DNA of 64,000 nucleotides, from assembly GCA_965206595.1 (NCBI GenBank), contig OZ242214.1:4576001-4640000 (forward strand), given 5' to 3'. The stretch's first letter is position 1. The number at the start of each line of letters is the position of its first letter. The position numbers and the translations under genes are program-made. Below are positions 29,840 to 38,742 of the stretch, piece after piece. The notes below the pieces were generated by a model. It had not been told where the DNA came from and searched no databases. It saw only the letters and a list, made by a program, of their open reading frames with translations. Origin of the DNA: Candidatus Latescibacterota bacterium. GTDB taxonomy: Bacteria > Latescibacterota > UBA2968 > UBA8231.

Positions 29840-32800
29840 TCAGATGCCGCCTGTCGCCCCAGGCAGGGACCGGGTTCGCCTTGAAGGCAACCCCTCGTCC
29901 GCGCCGCCGCCCCGGGAAATGCCTCTTCCGGAAACGGCGGCAGCCACCTGTTCGCCCCAGGAGACCGGCACGCGCATGCGGCCCTCGTTCTTGCGGTCGA
30001 AGAGCAGGAACCCCTGGTCGAGGCCGTGGCGGAAGAGATCGCGGGTGAGTTGGACGTCGTGGCGGCAGTACTCCTCGATGAGGTCGAGGCGGCCCTGTTT
30101 CCACCAGCGCAGCGCCTGCAGGCCGTCGGCCGTTTTCGCGGCGTTGAGGGTCGCCGCCGCCAGCCCCTGGAGACTGACGCGGTAGTTGAGGTGGGCGTGC
30201 ACCTCGCGCAGGATGTCGAGGGTGTTGAGCTCGCGGAAGTCGTAACGGGAGTAACCGCGCAGGACGCTGTAGTCGAAGCCGATGACGTTGAAGCCGACGA
30301 CGAGGTCGGCTCTCCGAAGCAGCCCGATCAGCTCGTCGATGCGGTCCTCGAAGAAGGTGAGGAAGCGGTCCTCGCGGCTGTCCCAGGCGATGCCGCACGA
30401 CACCCGCATCAGGCTGGTCTTGTTCCAGCCCCCTACTTCCGCGGCGCTGAGCTGGGTTTCGAGATCGAACACCACGACGTGCGGGCTCTCCTCTGTTTCC
30501 GCCCGACTTTCCTCTCCTTCCCGGTCCTCCCCCAGCTCCCAGTCGGCGAACAGGGGCGGCTCCTCCTCGATGGCGCTGACCGCCAGCGATTCCTCGTCGA
30601 GGCCGCGGCGCCCGCTGAGTATCTCGAGGAGGTGGATGCAGCCGGCCTTGTCGAGGGGATGGTTGCCGGCGCCGCAGCTGGGGAAGTGGATGCAGGAGGG
30701 ACAGCCCTCGTCGCAGTCGCAGCCGGCGACCATTTCCAGGGTGAGCTCGAACAGGCGGTCGAGCATGTCGTACCCGGTCTCGGCGAGGCCGATGCCCCCG
30801 GGGTACTGGTCGTAGATGAAGATGGCGCCCTTTGCGAGCTGCGGGTGCAGCGGGTAGCAGATGCCGCCGACGTCGGTCTGCTTGCTCAGCGCCAGCATCG
30901 GGAACAGCGATTTAACCGCGTGCTCGACGGCGTGCAGCGATCCCATGTGGTGAAAGCCGTGGCGCTTGAGCTGCTTCTTGAAGGGGGCGTCCATCTCGAT
31001 CCAGAAGCCGACGGTTTCGAACTGCTGCACCGGGTTTTCGAGGGCATGGCGGCCGAGGATGGCCTGGTCGCCGACACGCACCTTCTCGTAGGCGATCACC
31101 TGTGAGCTGACCAGCAGCCGGCCGAGCCTGGCCATGTACCCGTGCATCGGCCTGGCGCGCTGCTCTTCGATGATCTCCGTCTCCTTTTCGTACTTGGGGC
31201 GGGTGTAGTAGGGGACGTCGACGGCCTCGGCCTCGATCTGCCGTTTGGCGGGATTGCGCGCGCCGATCAGGTACTGGCGCCCGCGGTGCAGGTAGATGGC
31301 CCCCTCGTAGCACTCGCCGTAGAGCTGGCCGCCGCTCACCGAACCGATGGTCCGCTGCCGGTGCACGATGTTCCAGGACTCGCCGATGGAGCGCATGTTG
31401 ACCAGGCGGTGCGGCTGCCTGCGCGCCGCGAACCAGGCGTCGCCGTCGGCGCTGCGCAGCAGCGTCCCCGCGGCGGTGAGCTCGTCGAGCGCCTCGCGGT
31501 AGCCGTCGATGGCGTACTCCGGTTCGTCGGCGGCAAGCGGCAACTCCCGCGCCGCGCAGGCGAGGTGGTCCTGGAGGATGTAGCGGTTCGAGGGGTCGGC
31601 GACGGCGTTCTCGACCCGGCGCTGGAAAACGTGGTGCGGGTTGGCCATGAAGAACTGGTCGAGGGCGTCGCGGCCGGCGATGAGGAGCACCAGCGACTCG
31701 CGCCCGGAACGCCCGACGCGCCCGGCGCGCTGCCAGGTGTTGACGATGCTCCCCGGGTAGCCGACGAGCACGCAGACGTCGAGGCCCCCGATATCGATGC
31801 CGAGCTCCAGCGCCGAGGTGGAGACGACGCCGAGCAGGTCGCCGGAGACCAGCCGGGCTTCGATCTCGCGGCGCTCCTCCGGCATGTACCCGGCGCGGTA
31901 CGAGCTGATGCGGTCGCGCAGGTCGGGGCGCGCCTGCGTGGCCCAGCGGTAGATGAGCTCGGTGACGACGCGGGCGCGCGTGAACACGATGGAGCGGAAT
32001 CCCTGCGACACGCTCAGCTGCAACAGGCGGGCGGCAGCGGTGTTGGGGCTTTCCGGGGGGTTGAGGAAGAGGAAGTGCCGCGCCGCCGCCGGGGCCCCGC
32101 TTTCGGCGATCGCGGTGAATTCGCGGTTGCAGAGCCTGGCGGCGAACTCGGCAGGATTGCCGATAGTGGCCGAGCAGGCGATGTAGCGGGGGTGGCTCCC
32201 GCAGGCGGCGCAGATGCGGTTGAGCCTTCGGATCAGGTGCAGGACGTGGCTGCCGAAGATGCCGCTGTACGCGTGCAGCTCGTCGAGCACGACGAAGCGG
32301 AGATTGGCGAGGAAGCTCTCCCAGGCTTCGCGGAAGGCGAGGATGCCGCCGTGCAGCATGTCGGGGGTGGTGATGAGGATGTGCGGTGGGTTCTCCCTGA
32401 TTTTCCGGCGCTCGTGCGGCTTGGTATCGCCGTCGTAAATCTCGGCCCGCAGCTTTTCTCGGGAACCGCCGTTGAGCTCGGCCAGCAGCGACTGCAGCTC
32501 GGCGTGCTGGTCCTGCTCGAGCGCCTTTAGCGGAAAGACGTAGAGGGCGCGCCCGCCGGGGTCGGCCAGCAGTGACGAGAGCACCGCGGCGTTGTAGATC
32601 AGCGACTTGCCCGAGGCGGTCGGAGTCGCGACGACGACGTTGCCGCCCTCGCCGATGTGGCGGAGCGCCTCTTCCTGGTGGCTGTAGAGGCGGGGGACAG
32701 CTGCCGCCTCGACGACGCGGGCAACCCCGGGACCGAGGTGATCGATCCGTTCCGCCAGTCGGCCGGGTTGCGGCGGGAGGGTGCGCTCGTGGACGATCGC

Positions 32801-33151
32801 CTCGCCCGGTACCGTCCGTTTGAGCTGCTCGATGTAGGCGGACAGGGGTACCGAGCCGGGGGCCGCGGAGGCGAACCGGATTGGGTAGCCTGCGCCCGCC
32901 GATGCCGTTGAGGGTGATGAGGCGGGCGGGCCGCCCTTCCTCGTTCCTGCCGCGGGAAGCGCCTTGCCCGGAAGAGCCGGCAGGTCACCGGGATCGATCC
33001 TGCCCTCGGCGGCGAGCTTGCGGATCTGCTCGATGCGGTCGCGCAGATCCCCGGACGCGGTTCGCTGCTCCGGCTCGGGAGGCGGCTCGGACAGACGGCC
33101 GTCCCCCGGCGGATCCTCGGGGAACTCCGAGGGATCGATCCTGCGAATCAT
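29840..33151 (-). CDS. MrfA/Hrq1-like DEAH helicase (DUF1998) fused to a C-terminal RNase H-like DEDD exonuclease
   Basis: TPTASGKS, DELH, SAT, ALELGIDIG, QRAGRVGR, CDCDEGCPSC, then VFDLET...GFNVIGFD...YCRHDV. Confidence 0.9.
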   Translation of the reverse strand: MIRRIDPSEFPEDPPGDGRLSEPPPEPEQRTASGDLRDRIEQIRKLAAEGRIDPGDLPALPGKALPAAGTRKGGPPASSPSTASAGAGYPIRFASAAPGSVPLSAYIEQLKRTVPGEAIVHERTLPPQPGRLAERIDHLGPGVARVVEAAAVPRLYSHQEEALRHIGEGGNVVVATPTASGKSLIYNAAVLSSLLADPGGRALYVFPLKALEQDQHAELQSLLAELNGGSREKLRAEIYDGDTKPHERRKIRENPPHILITTPDMLHGGILAFREAWESFLANLRFVVLDELHAYSGIFGSHVLHLIRRLNRICAACGSHPRYIACSATIGNPAEFAARLCNREFTAIAESGAPAAARHFLFLNPPESPNTAAARLLQLSVSQGFRSIVFTRARVVTELIYRWATQARPDLRDRISSYRAGYMPEERREIEARLVSGDLLGVVSTSALELGIDIGGLDVCVLVGYPGSIVNTWQRAGRVGRSGRESLVLLIAGRDALDQFFMANPHHVFQRRVENAVADPSNRYILQDHLACAARELPLAADEPEYAIDGYREALDELTAAGTLLRSADGDAWFAARRQPHRLVNMRSIGESWNIVHRQRTIGSVSGGQLYGECYEGAIYLHRGRQYLIGARNPAKRQIEAEAVDVPYYTRPKYEKETEIIEEQRARPMHGYMARLGRLLVSSQVIAYEKVRVGDQAILGRHALENPVQQFETVGFWIEMDAPFKKQLKRHGFHHMGSLHAVEHAVKSLFPMLALSKQTDVGGICYPLHPQLAKGAIFIYDQYPGGIGLAETGYDMLDRLFELTLEMVAGCDCDEGCPSCIHFPSCGAGNHPLDKAGCIHLLEILSGRRGLDEESLAVSAIEEEPPLFADWELGEDREGEESRAETEESPHVVVFDLETQLSAAEVGGWNKTSLMRVSCGIAWDSREDRFLTFFEDRIDELIGLLRRADLVVGFNVIGFDYSVLRGYSRYDFRELNTLDILREVHAHLNYRVSLQGLAAATLNAAKTADGLQALRWWKQGRLDLIEEYCRHDVQLTRDLFRHGLDQGFLLFDRKNEGRMRVPVSWGEQVAAAVSGRGISRGGGADEGLPSRRTRSLPGATGGI

Positions 33152-33669
33152 GGGATTTTCGATGCTCCTGCTGAAGCTTGCCGGCCGAGGGGGGAGGGGA
33201 AGCCGGAAACTGCACGAATGGACAAGTGCCCGCAAGTATACTGCCGGAAATCGATTCTTGGCAAACAAATTCGCGCCGGACAACCGTTGCCGCCCGAGAC
33301 CAGCCCGCGGTAACCGGAGGCAGTGCCCCGGCCCGAATGGACACCGATCCGCCAAGGCCGTGCTGCTCGCCGGAACCGAAGGCGGTCACGGTCGGCGGGC
33401 TGCGTCGACGGCGCCTTGCGGATGATCCGGCGCGGTCTCCAACTGTGCGCCTGACAGGTCGAAGCGGGTAAAGGGCGGCTGCTTCACCGGCGGTGCGCCG
33501 GAAAGATTGGGCAGGTGAGACAGGGCACAGGCAAATCATTAGCTTGAGCGCACGGTCTGACCCGCAACCGATACCCGGCGAGAAGGCAGGGTGCCGGTTG
33601 AAGCGTGAGTCACACCGAAAACCGGTTGTAATTATTGACCTTGACAGGACATGAACCCGGAGTGGCCGA

Positions 33670-35208
33670 ATGAACAAACCGAAACTGATCTATTACAACG
33701 ACGCGCGGCACTACAGCTTCTACCGCTACGACCCGCCGATGAGCCTGCACCAGCTGCGGCAACCGGTCGACGAGCTGCTCGGCACCGGGGTAGATACCCT
33801 GTCCTACGGCCTGGCCTCGGGGCAGACCTTCTTTCACGACACCCGGGTGGGTGTGCAGTGGGGGGACGTCGACGGCCGCCACAACCACGGGGTGATGTGG
33901 TGGCGGGCAGCCGAGAACGCCAGGCAGGCAATCGCCGCCGGCAACGACGTGCTGCGCGTGGTAGTCGACAGGGCTCGCGAAAAGGGGCTGCAGGTTCTGT
34001 GCAGCATGCGCATGAACGACTCGTCGACCGAATCCAACCTCTATATGATGAGCCGTCTCAAACGCGAGCATCCCGAGGTGATGATCGGGGAGGAAGCCGG
34101 CGGCGGCCATCCGCACGCGGCCACCTGCGAGGACTACGCCCGTGCCGAGGTGCGCGAGGAGCGGCTGCGCCTGATCGAGGAGGTCATGGAGTACGGACCC
34201 TGCGGCCTGGAGATGGACCCCTACGTCGGGGTTTTTTTCCAGCCCTCCCGGGCGCGCGAGAACGCCGGCATACTGACCGGGTTCGTGCGCGAGGTGCGCG
34301 CCATGTTCGACCGCCTCGGGAAGGAGCGGGGGGAGCGGCTCTGCCTTGCTTCGAGGGTGTACCCCGCGGAGGAGCAGAACCTCGCCATCGGCATGGACGT
34401 GCGCACCTGGATGCGAGAGGGGCTGGTCGACCTGGTCGTTCCCAAACCGGAGCAGATGTTGTTCCCGGAAATGGACATCGGTTGGCTTCTCGACGCCGCC
34501 GGCGAAGCCGGGACCTGGGTGTACGTGCCGCTCGGTCGCGAGCCCTACGACGACCGCCACCAGTCGCCGACCATCGCAATGCGGAGGGCAGCGGCCACCA
34601 ATTTCCACGCCATGGGAGCGGACGGGGTATACCTGTCCGACCTGAAGTGGCCGCACGGCAACGACAGCTACCAGGCGCTGCGCGAGCTCGGGGATCCCGA
34701 CATCTACGCGCGCAAGAGCAAGCAGTACCTGGTGCCGGTGCGGGATGCGGAGCCGGATGAATTCGCCCCCGAGCGGCATCTGCCCAGGGAGCTGGACGAG
34801 GGTGTCGGCGCCGCAGTGCCGTTCCTGGTCGGCGACCGCCTGCGGGACGCGGAGGCGGACGGGGAGATCGACCGCGTCGAGCTGGGCGTGCGCATCGTTC
34901 AGTACTGCCCCGAGGACGAGCTGGCGTTCACCTTCAACGGAACGGAGATAACGCCGGCGCGGACCAGCCATTTCTACGGCGGCCTGGTGTCGTACGCGGC
35001 CGCACGCGGGGGTTTGCCGGTGCGTATCGACACCCATTACTGGTTCAGCTTCGACCTGCCGAGCGCACTGGTGCTGGAGGGGGCTAACGAGCTGCAGGTG
35101 GTGTTGCAGCGCCGGTATGCGCCGCTGCAATCGACGCGGGTGCTGCAGTCGGTTGAGCTGCGGATCGACTACGTCGAGCCGTTCGCCACCGTCGGCGGGC
35201 AGATGTAG
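33670..35208 (+). CDS. Putative glycoside-hydrolase-like TIM-barrel protein (GHL10-like)
   Basis: IYYNDAR, SMRMND, GLEMD, GADGVYL motifs; C-terminal beta-sandwich-like region. Confidence 0.6.
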   Translation: MNKPKLIYYNDARHYSFYRYDPPMSLHQLRQPVDELLGTGVDTLSYGLASGQTFFHDTRVGVQWGDVDGRHNHGVMWWRAAENARQAIAAGNDVLRVVVDRAREKGLQVLCSMRMNDSSTESNLYMMSRLKREHPEVMIGEEAGGGHPHAATCEDYARAEVREERLRLIEEVMEYGPCGLEMDPYVGVFFQPSRARENAGILTGFVREVRAMFDRLGKERGERLCLASRVYPAEEQNLAIGMDVRTWMREGLVDLVVPKPEQMLFPEMDIGWLLDAAGEAGTWVYVPLGREPYDDRHQSPTIAMRRAAATNFHAMGADGVYLSDLKWPHGNDSYQALRELGDPDIYARKSKQYLVPVRDAEPDEFAPERHLPRELDEGVGAAVPFLVGDRLRDAEADGEIDRVELGVRIVQYCPEDELAFTFNGTEITPARTSHFYGGLVSYAAARGGLPVRIDTHYWFSFDLPSALVLEGANELQVVLQRRYAPLQSTRVLQSVELRIDYVEPFATVGGQM

Positions 35209-35293
35209 AGGCGGGGGAAAAGCCGGAACCGCAGGTTGGGCAGGAGTTACCTGGGCGGAGGACAGGGGGAGAGTGGCGAGGCGTAACAGGAGA

Positions 35294-36667
35294 ATGGGGA
35301 TGTTCAGCGAACTGCTTGCAGAGCGTGAAGCGAAGGGGGATCCGATCCGCGTCGGCGTCATCGGCGCCGGCAAGTTCGGCAGCGGCCTGGTGGTGCAGCT
35401 CTCCAGGGTTCCCGGGATGCGCGCCGCCGCGGTCGCCGACCTGCGCCTTCAGCAGGCGCGCGATGCGTACACCAGCTGCGGACTGGAAGCCGCCGCGGTC
35501 GTCGAAGCGCGGACAGCGGGGCAGGTCGACGACGCCGTTCGCCGGAGCCGCCCGGTGATCGCCGAGGACGCGAGCCTGATCGCGAGCGCCGGGTCCATCG
35601 ACGTCGTGGTCGAGGCGACGGGGATTCCCGAGGCCGGGGCGGGCAACGCCACCGCTGCCATCGACAGCGGCAAGCACCTGGTAATGGTAAACATCGAGAC
35701 CGACGTGACCATTGGAGCCCTGCTCAAAGCCAGGGCGGACGAGGCCGGGGTGGTCTACACCCTGGTCGACGGCGACCAGCCCGGGTGCATCATGCACATG
35801 GTGGAGTGGGCGCGCACTCTCGGTTTCGAGATCGTCGCTGCCGGCAGGGGGACGATCTACATGAAGGGGGACCGCGAGGGGACCCCCGATTCGGCCGCCG
35901 CCCGCTTCCGGTTCGACGGAGAGACCCTGTCCCGGCGCCACATCAACCTGAAGATGTACAACTCGTTCCGGGACGGCACCAAGGCGCAGCTCGAGATGAC
36001 GGCGCTGTCCAACATGACGGGCCTGCCCCCGGACGTGCGCGGCATGCACGAGCCCTCCTGCAACCTCGAGGATATTCCGCGCGCCTTCAGCCTGAAGGAG
36101 GAAGGCGGGCTGCTGCACCGGCACGGGGTCGTCGAGCTCGCCAACAGCGTCGCCGCCGACGGCGTCACCATGCTGCCGAACCCGCTGCTGATGGGGGTGT
36201 TCGCGGTGATTCGCGCCGACCACCCCTTCATCCGGGAGGACCTGGCGGCTTACGACTGCCTCCCGGGCGGGGACGGCAACTTCCTGCTCTACCGCCCCTA
36301 CCACCTGGTGGCGGTGGAGGCGCCGATGTCGATCGCCCGGGCCGTCCTCTACGGCAAGCCGACCGGGGCGCCGCGCGAGGTGCCGGTCGCCGAGGTGATC
36401 GCCGTGGCCAAGCGCGGCCTGAGGAAAGGGGAGAGGCTGGACGGCGGCGGCGGATTCACCGTCAACGGGGTCATCGAGAAGGCCGAGGTTGCGCGCCGCG
36501 ACAGGCTGCTTCCCCTCGGACTGGCCAGCGGAATCGAGCTGTCGCGGGACGTCGCCGCGGGTGAGGCGATCTCTTGCCAGGACGTTATCCTGAACGAGGA
36601 GTTGCCGATCCTGAAGCTGCGTCGGGACCAGGACCGGCTGGTGGCCTCGAGGATGGCAGAAAGCTGA
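35294..36667 (+). CDS. NAD(P)-dependent homoserine-dehydrogenase-like oxidoreductase with SAF domain
   Basis: VIGAGKFG, VVEATG, GDQPG, DGTK, YRPYHL, AVAKRGLRKGERLDG. Confidence 0.85.
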   Translation: MGMFSELLAEREAKGDPIRVGVIGAGKFGSGLVVQLSRVPGMRAAAVADLRLQQARDAYTSCGLEAAAVVEARTAGQVDDAVRRSRPVIAEDASLIASAGSIDVVVEATGIPEAGAGNATAAIDSGKHLVMVNIETDVTIGALLKARADEAGVVYTLVDGDQPGCIMHMVEWARTLGFEIVAAGRGTIYMKGDREGTPDSAAARFRFDGETLSRRHINLKMYNSFRDGTKAQLEMTALSNMTGLPPDVRGMHEPSCNLEDIPRAFSLKEEGGLLHRHGVVELANSVAADGVTMLPNPLLMGVFAVIRADHPFIREDLAAYDCLPGGDGNFLLYRPYHLVAVEAPMSIARAVLYGKPTGAPREVPVAEVIAVAKRGLRKGERLDGGGGFTVNGVIEKAEVARRDRLLPLGLASGIELSRDVAAGEAISCQDVILNEELPILKLRRDQDRLVASRMAES

Positions 36668-36783
36668 CCGCACCAGGAGCCGGGAGGGGTAATGCGCCTG
36701 TCAGCAGGAACTTCGAGCGCGGCCGGCTCGATCAATGCCGGCAGGAGCGAGCCCTGCCTTCCCGCGTAGCGCTCCGGGGCTTG

Positions 36784-36814
36784 GCAGCCCGTTGAATAAG
36801 TCCATCTGGGCTGC
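36784..36814. repeat. Short dispersed hairpin repeat, copy 1 (REP- or IS-end-like)
   Basis: CAGCCCGTTGAATAAGTCCATCTGGGCTGC resembles the reverse complement of 41933-41960; GCAGCCC/GGGCTGC stem between convergent genes. Confidence 0.45.
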
Positions 36815-36927
36815 GGCCGGTCCGACACTCCGCACCAAGGCATCGGATTTTCGAGGATATCCGGATCGCGGGAGCCGCGCCGCAGGGCCACGGCTACGCA
36901 CCGCAGTGGCGCCCGCTCCGCCGCCGG

Positions 36928-38721
36928 CTACTCCCGCACCACCGCCAGGGTGCCACGGCGTTTTCCTCCGTCGGCGTCGAGCACGTAGTAGTAGAGACCG
37001 GAGCCGACCAGCCTGCCCGCTTCGTTGCGGCCGTCCCACACAACTTCGTACTCCCGCGCCAGGCGCTTCTCGAGGTCGAGCCGGCGCACCAGCCTTCCAT
37101 CGGCGCTGAAGATCGACAGCTCCCCGGAACCGGCGCTGTCGAGCATGTACCGGAAGCAGGTCAGCGAAGGGGGGCACTCCGATGAGTGCCCATTATGCTC
37201 GTCACCCCGGCCAAGGAAGAACGGGTTGGGAAACCAATGCCCGAGGACGACCTCGGCCGGTAACCGCCCCCCCGTCATGCCGGATCCGTACTGCGCCGAT
37301 ACCGAGTACGGAAAGCCGATCCCTGCAAAAGCGGTGTTGCTGACGACGAGCACTACCGCACTGTAGAAGTTCCAGTCGACCACTTCGACCGGGGTGTTCC
37401 TGTCGAGCGCCTTCACTTCAACGCTGTCCGGCGACACCAGCGCCAGCCTGCGCAGCCAGCGCAAGCCCTCGAAATCGGTGGAGATCGTGACTCCCCCCTC
37501 GCCCAGGGGTTCCAGCACCAGGTAGGCGCTGGCGAGGTGATCGACGCGGCCGCTGTCCTCCAGCGCATCGTCGCCGACCTGGCGCGGATGCACCTCGATG
37601 ACCGGATACTTGTGGCCCTCCCCGTAGAACCCCTCCCGGTGCCGCTCCCCGGTGAAGTAGTTCCAGACCGCGAACTCGTTGACCGCCTCGCCGAGGCCCC
37701 CGAAGGATTGAAGAGCGCGCTGGAAGTTCTCCAGCGAGGCACTTTCGCGACGGGCGTGCTCTTCCCAGATCTCCCGCACCACCTGGCGGCCGTAGCGCTG
37801 GTCGAGGAAGTGGGAGAAAATCGCCGAGCCGTAGACCCGCCTGCCCGGCGATGGGCTCTCGAGCGAGCGTTCAGGCGACCGTATGAAATCGCACAGGTAC
37901 TGCAGGTAGTCGTCCGCCTCGGGGTAGGCGACGTCCTCCATCCAGGTGGCCGAGGACTCCTGCCACCAGTACCCCTCGCTCCCCCGGTAGTAGCCGAACT
38001 GGATCATGTGGAAGAACTCGTGTGCCAGGGTGACCCGCAGGGCGGTCAGCTCGCGCGCGCCGCGGGCGCCGTCGCAGCTGCTCGGGCGGCCGAAGATCGA
38101 CTCGGTGAAATTGTTGTCGATGCGCAGGTAGGAAGGCCCCCTCGGGCCGTTTCCCTCTGGCTGGGTGAACCCGTAGTAGCCGCCGAGGATCTGCTCGATG
38201 TAGACGTCGTACTCGTCCCCGCCTCCCAGGCCCCCGTCGCTGGGCGGGGGGTCGTAGCCGAGGACCTCGACCTCGAGGTGCCACATGCTGTCGATGGCGG
38301 CCGCGGTCACGTCGACGTAGTCGGGGATGCCGTTGGCGTCCCTGTCGGCAGGATCGACGGCGTGCTCCCCCTCGATGTCGAAGTGGATGCGGAAGCGCCC
38401 GGACGGGCTCAGCACCTGGCGCGACAGCGTGGGCCGGGCCAGGGCCTTGGCGAGGGCGCTGCCGTACCCGGGACTCGACCCGTCGCGGGCGTCCAGGGCG
38501 TCGAGGATCAGGGGGGTGGCGCAGCCTCGCGGCCCGGGGTTCTCATCGCGGTATTCCGCGGGAAGGGAGTCGGGCTCCAGGGTCTCGTAGACCCCGTAGA
38601 GCAGGGCGGTCTCGGTATCGAGGAGGCCGGATTCGCGGGCCTCCGCGATGAGGGGATTAGCCGGCGCCGCGTCAGGAGCGGCGGTGAGGGCGGCGATCGA
38701 CAGCAGAAAAAGGGTGCGCAA
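36928..38721 (-). CDS. Secreted zinc metalloprotease (MXAN_6640-like) with C-terminal FlgD Ig-like domain
   Basis: Signal peptide, FRIHF, DANGIPDYV, AHEFFH (HExxH), WQESSATWMED, FPNPF...WDGRNEAGRLVGSGLYYY. Confidence 0.82.
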   Translation of the reverse strand: MRTLFLLSIAALTAAPDAAPANPLIAEARESGLLDTETALLYGVYETLEPDSLPAEYRDENPGPRGCATPLILDALDARDGSSPGYGSALAKALARPTLSRQVLSPSGRFRIHFDIEGEHAVDPADRDANGIPDYVDVTAAAIDSMWHLEVEVLGYDPPPSDGGLGGGDEYDVYIEQILGGYYGFTQPEGNGPRGPSYLRIDNNFTESIFGRPSSCDGARGARELTALRVTLAHEFFHMIQFGYYRGSEGYWWQESSATWMEDVAYPEADDYLQYLCDFIRSPERSLESPSPGRRVYGSAIFSHFLDQRYGRQVVREIWEEHARRESASLENFQRALQSFGGLGEAVNEFAVWNYFTGERHREGFYGEGHKYPVIEVHPRQVGDDALEDSGRVDHLASAYLVLEPLGEGGVTISTDFEGLRWLRRLALVSPDSVEVKALDRNTPVEVVDWNFYSAVVLVVSNTAFAGIGFPYSVSAQYGSGMTGGRLPAEVVLGHWFPNPFFLGRGDEHNGHSSECPPSLTCFRYMLDSAGSGELSIFSADGRLVRRLDLEKRLAREYEVVWDGRNEAGRLVGSGLYYYVLDADGGKRRGTLAVVRE

Positions 38722-38742
38722 CTTCAGTGGTCGGTCGGCGGC

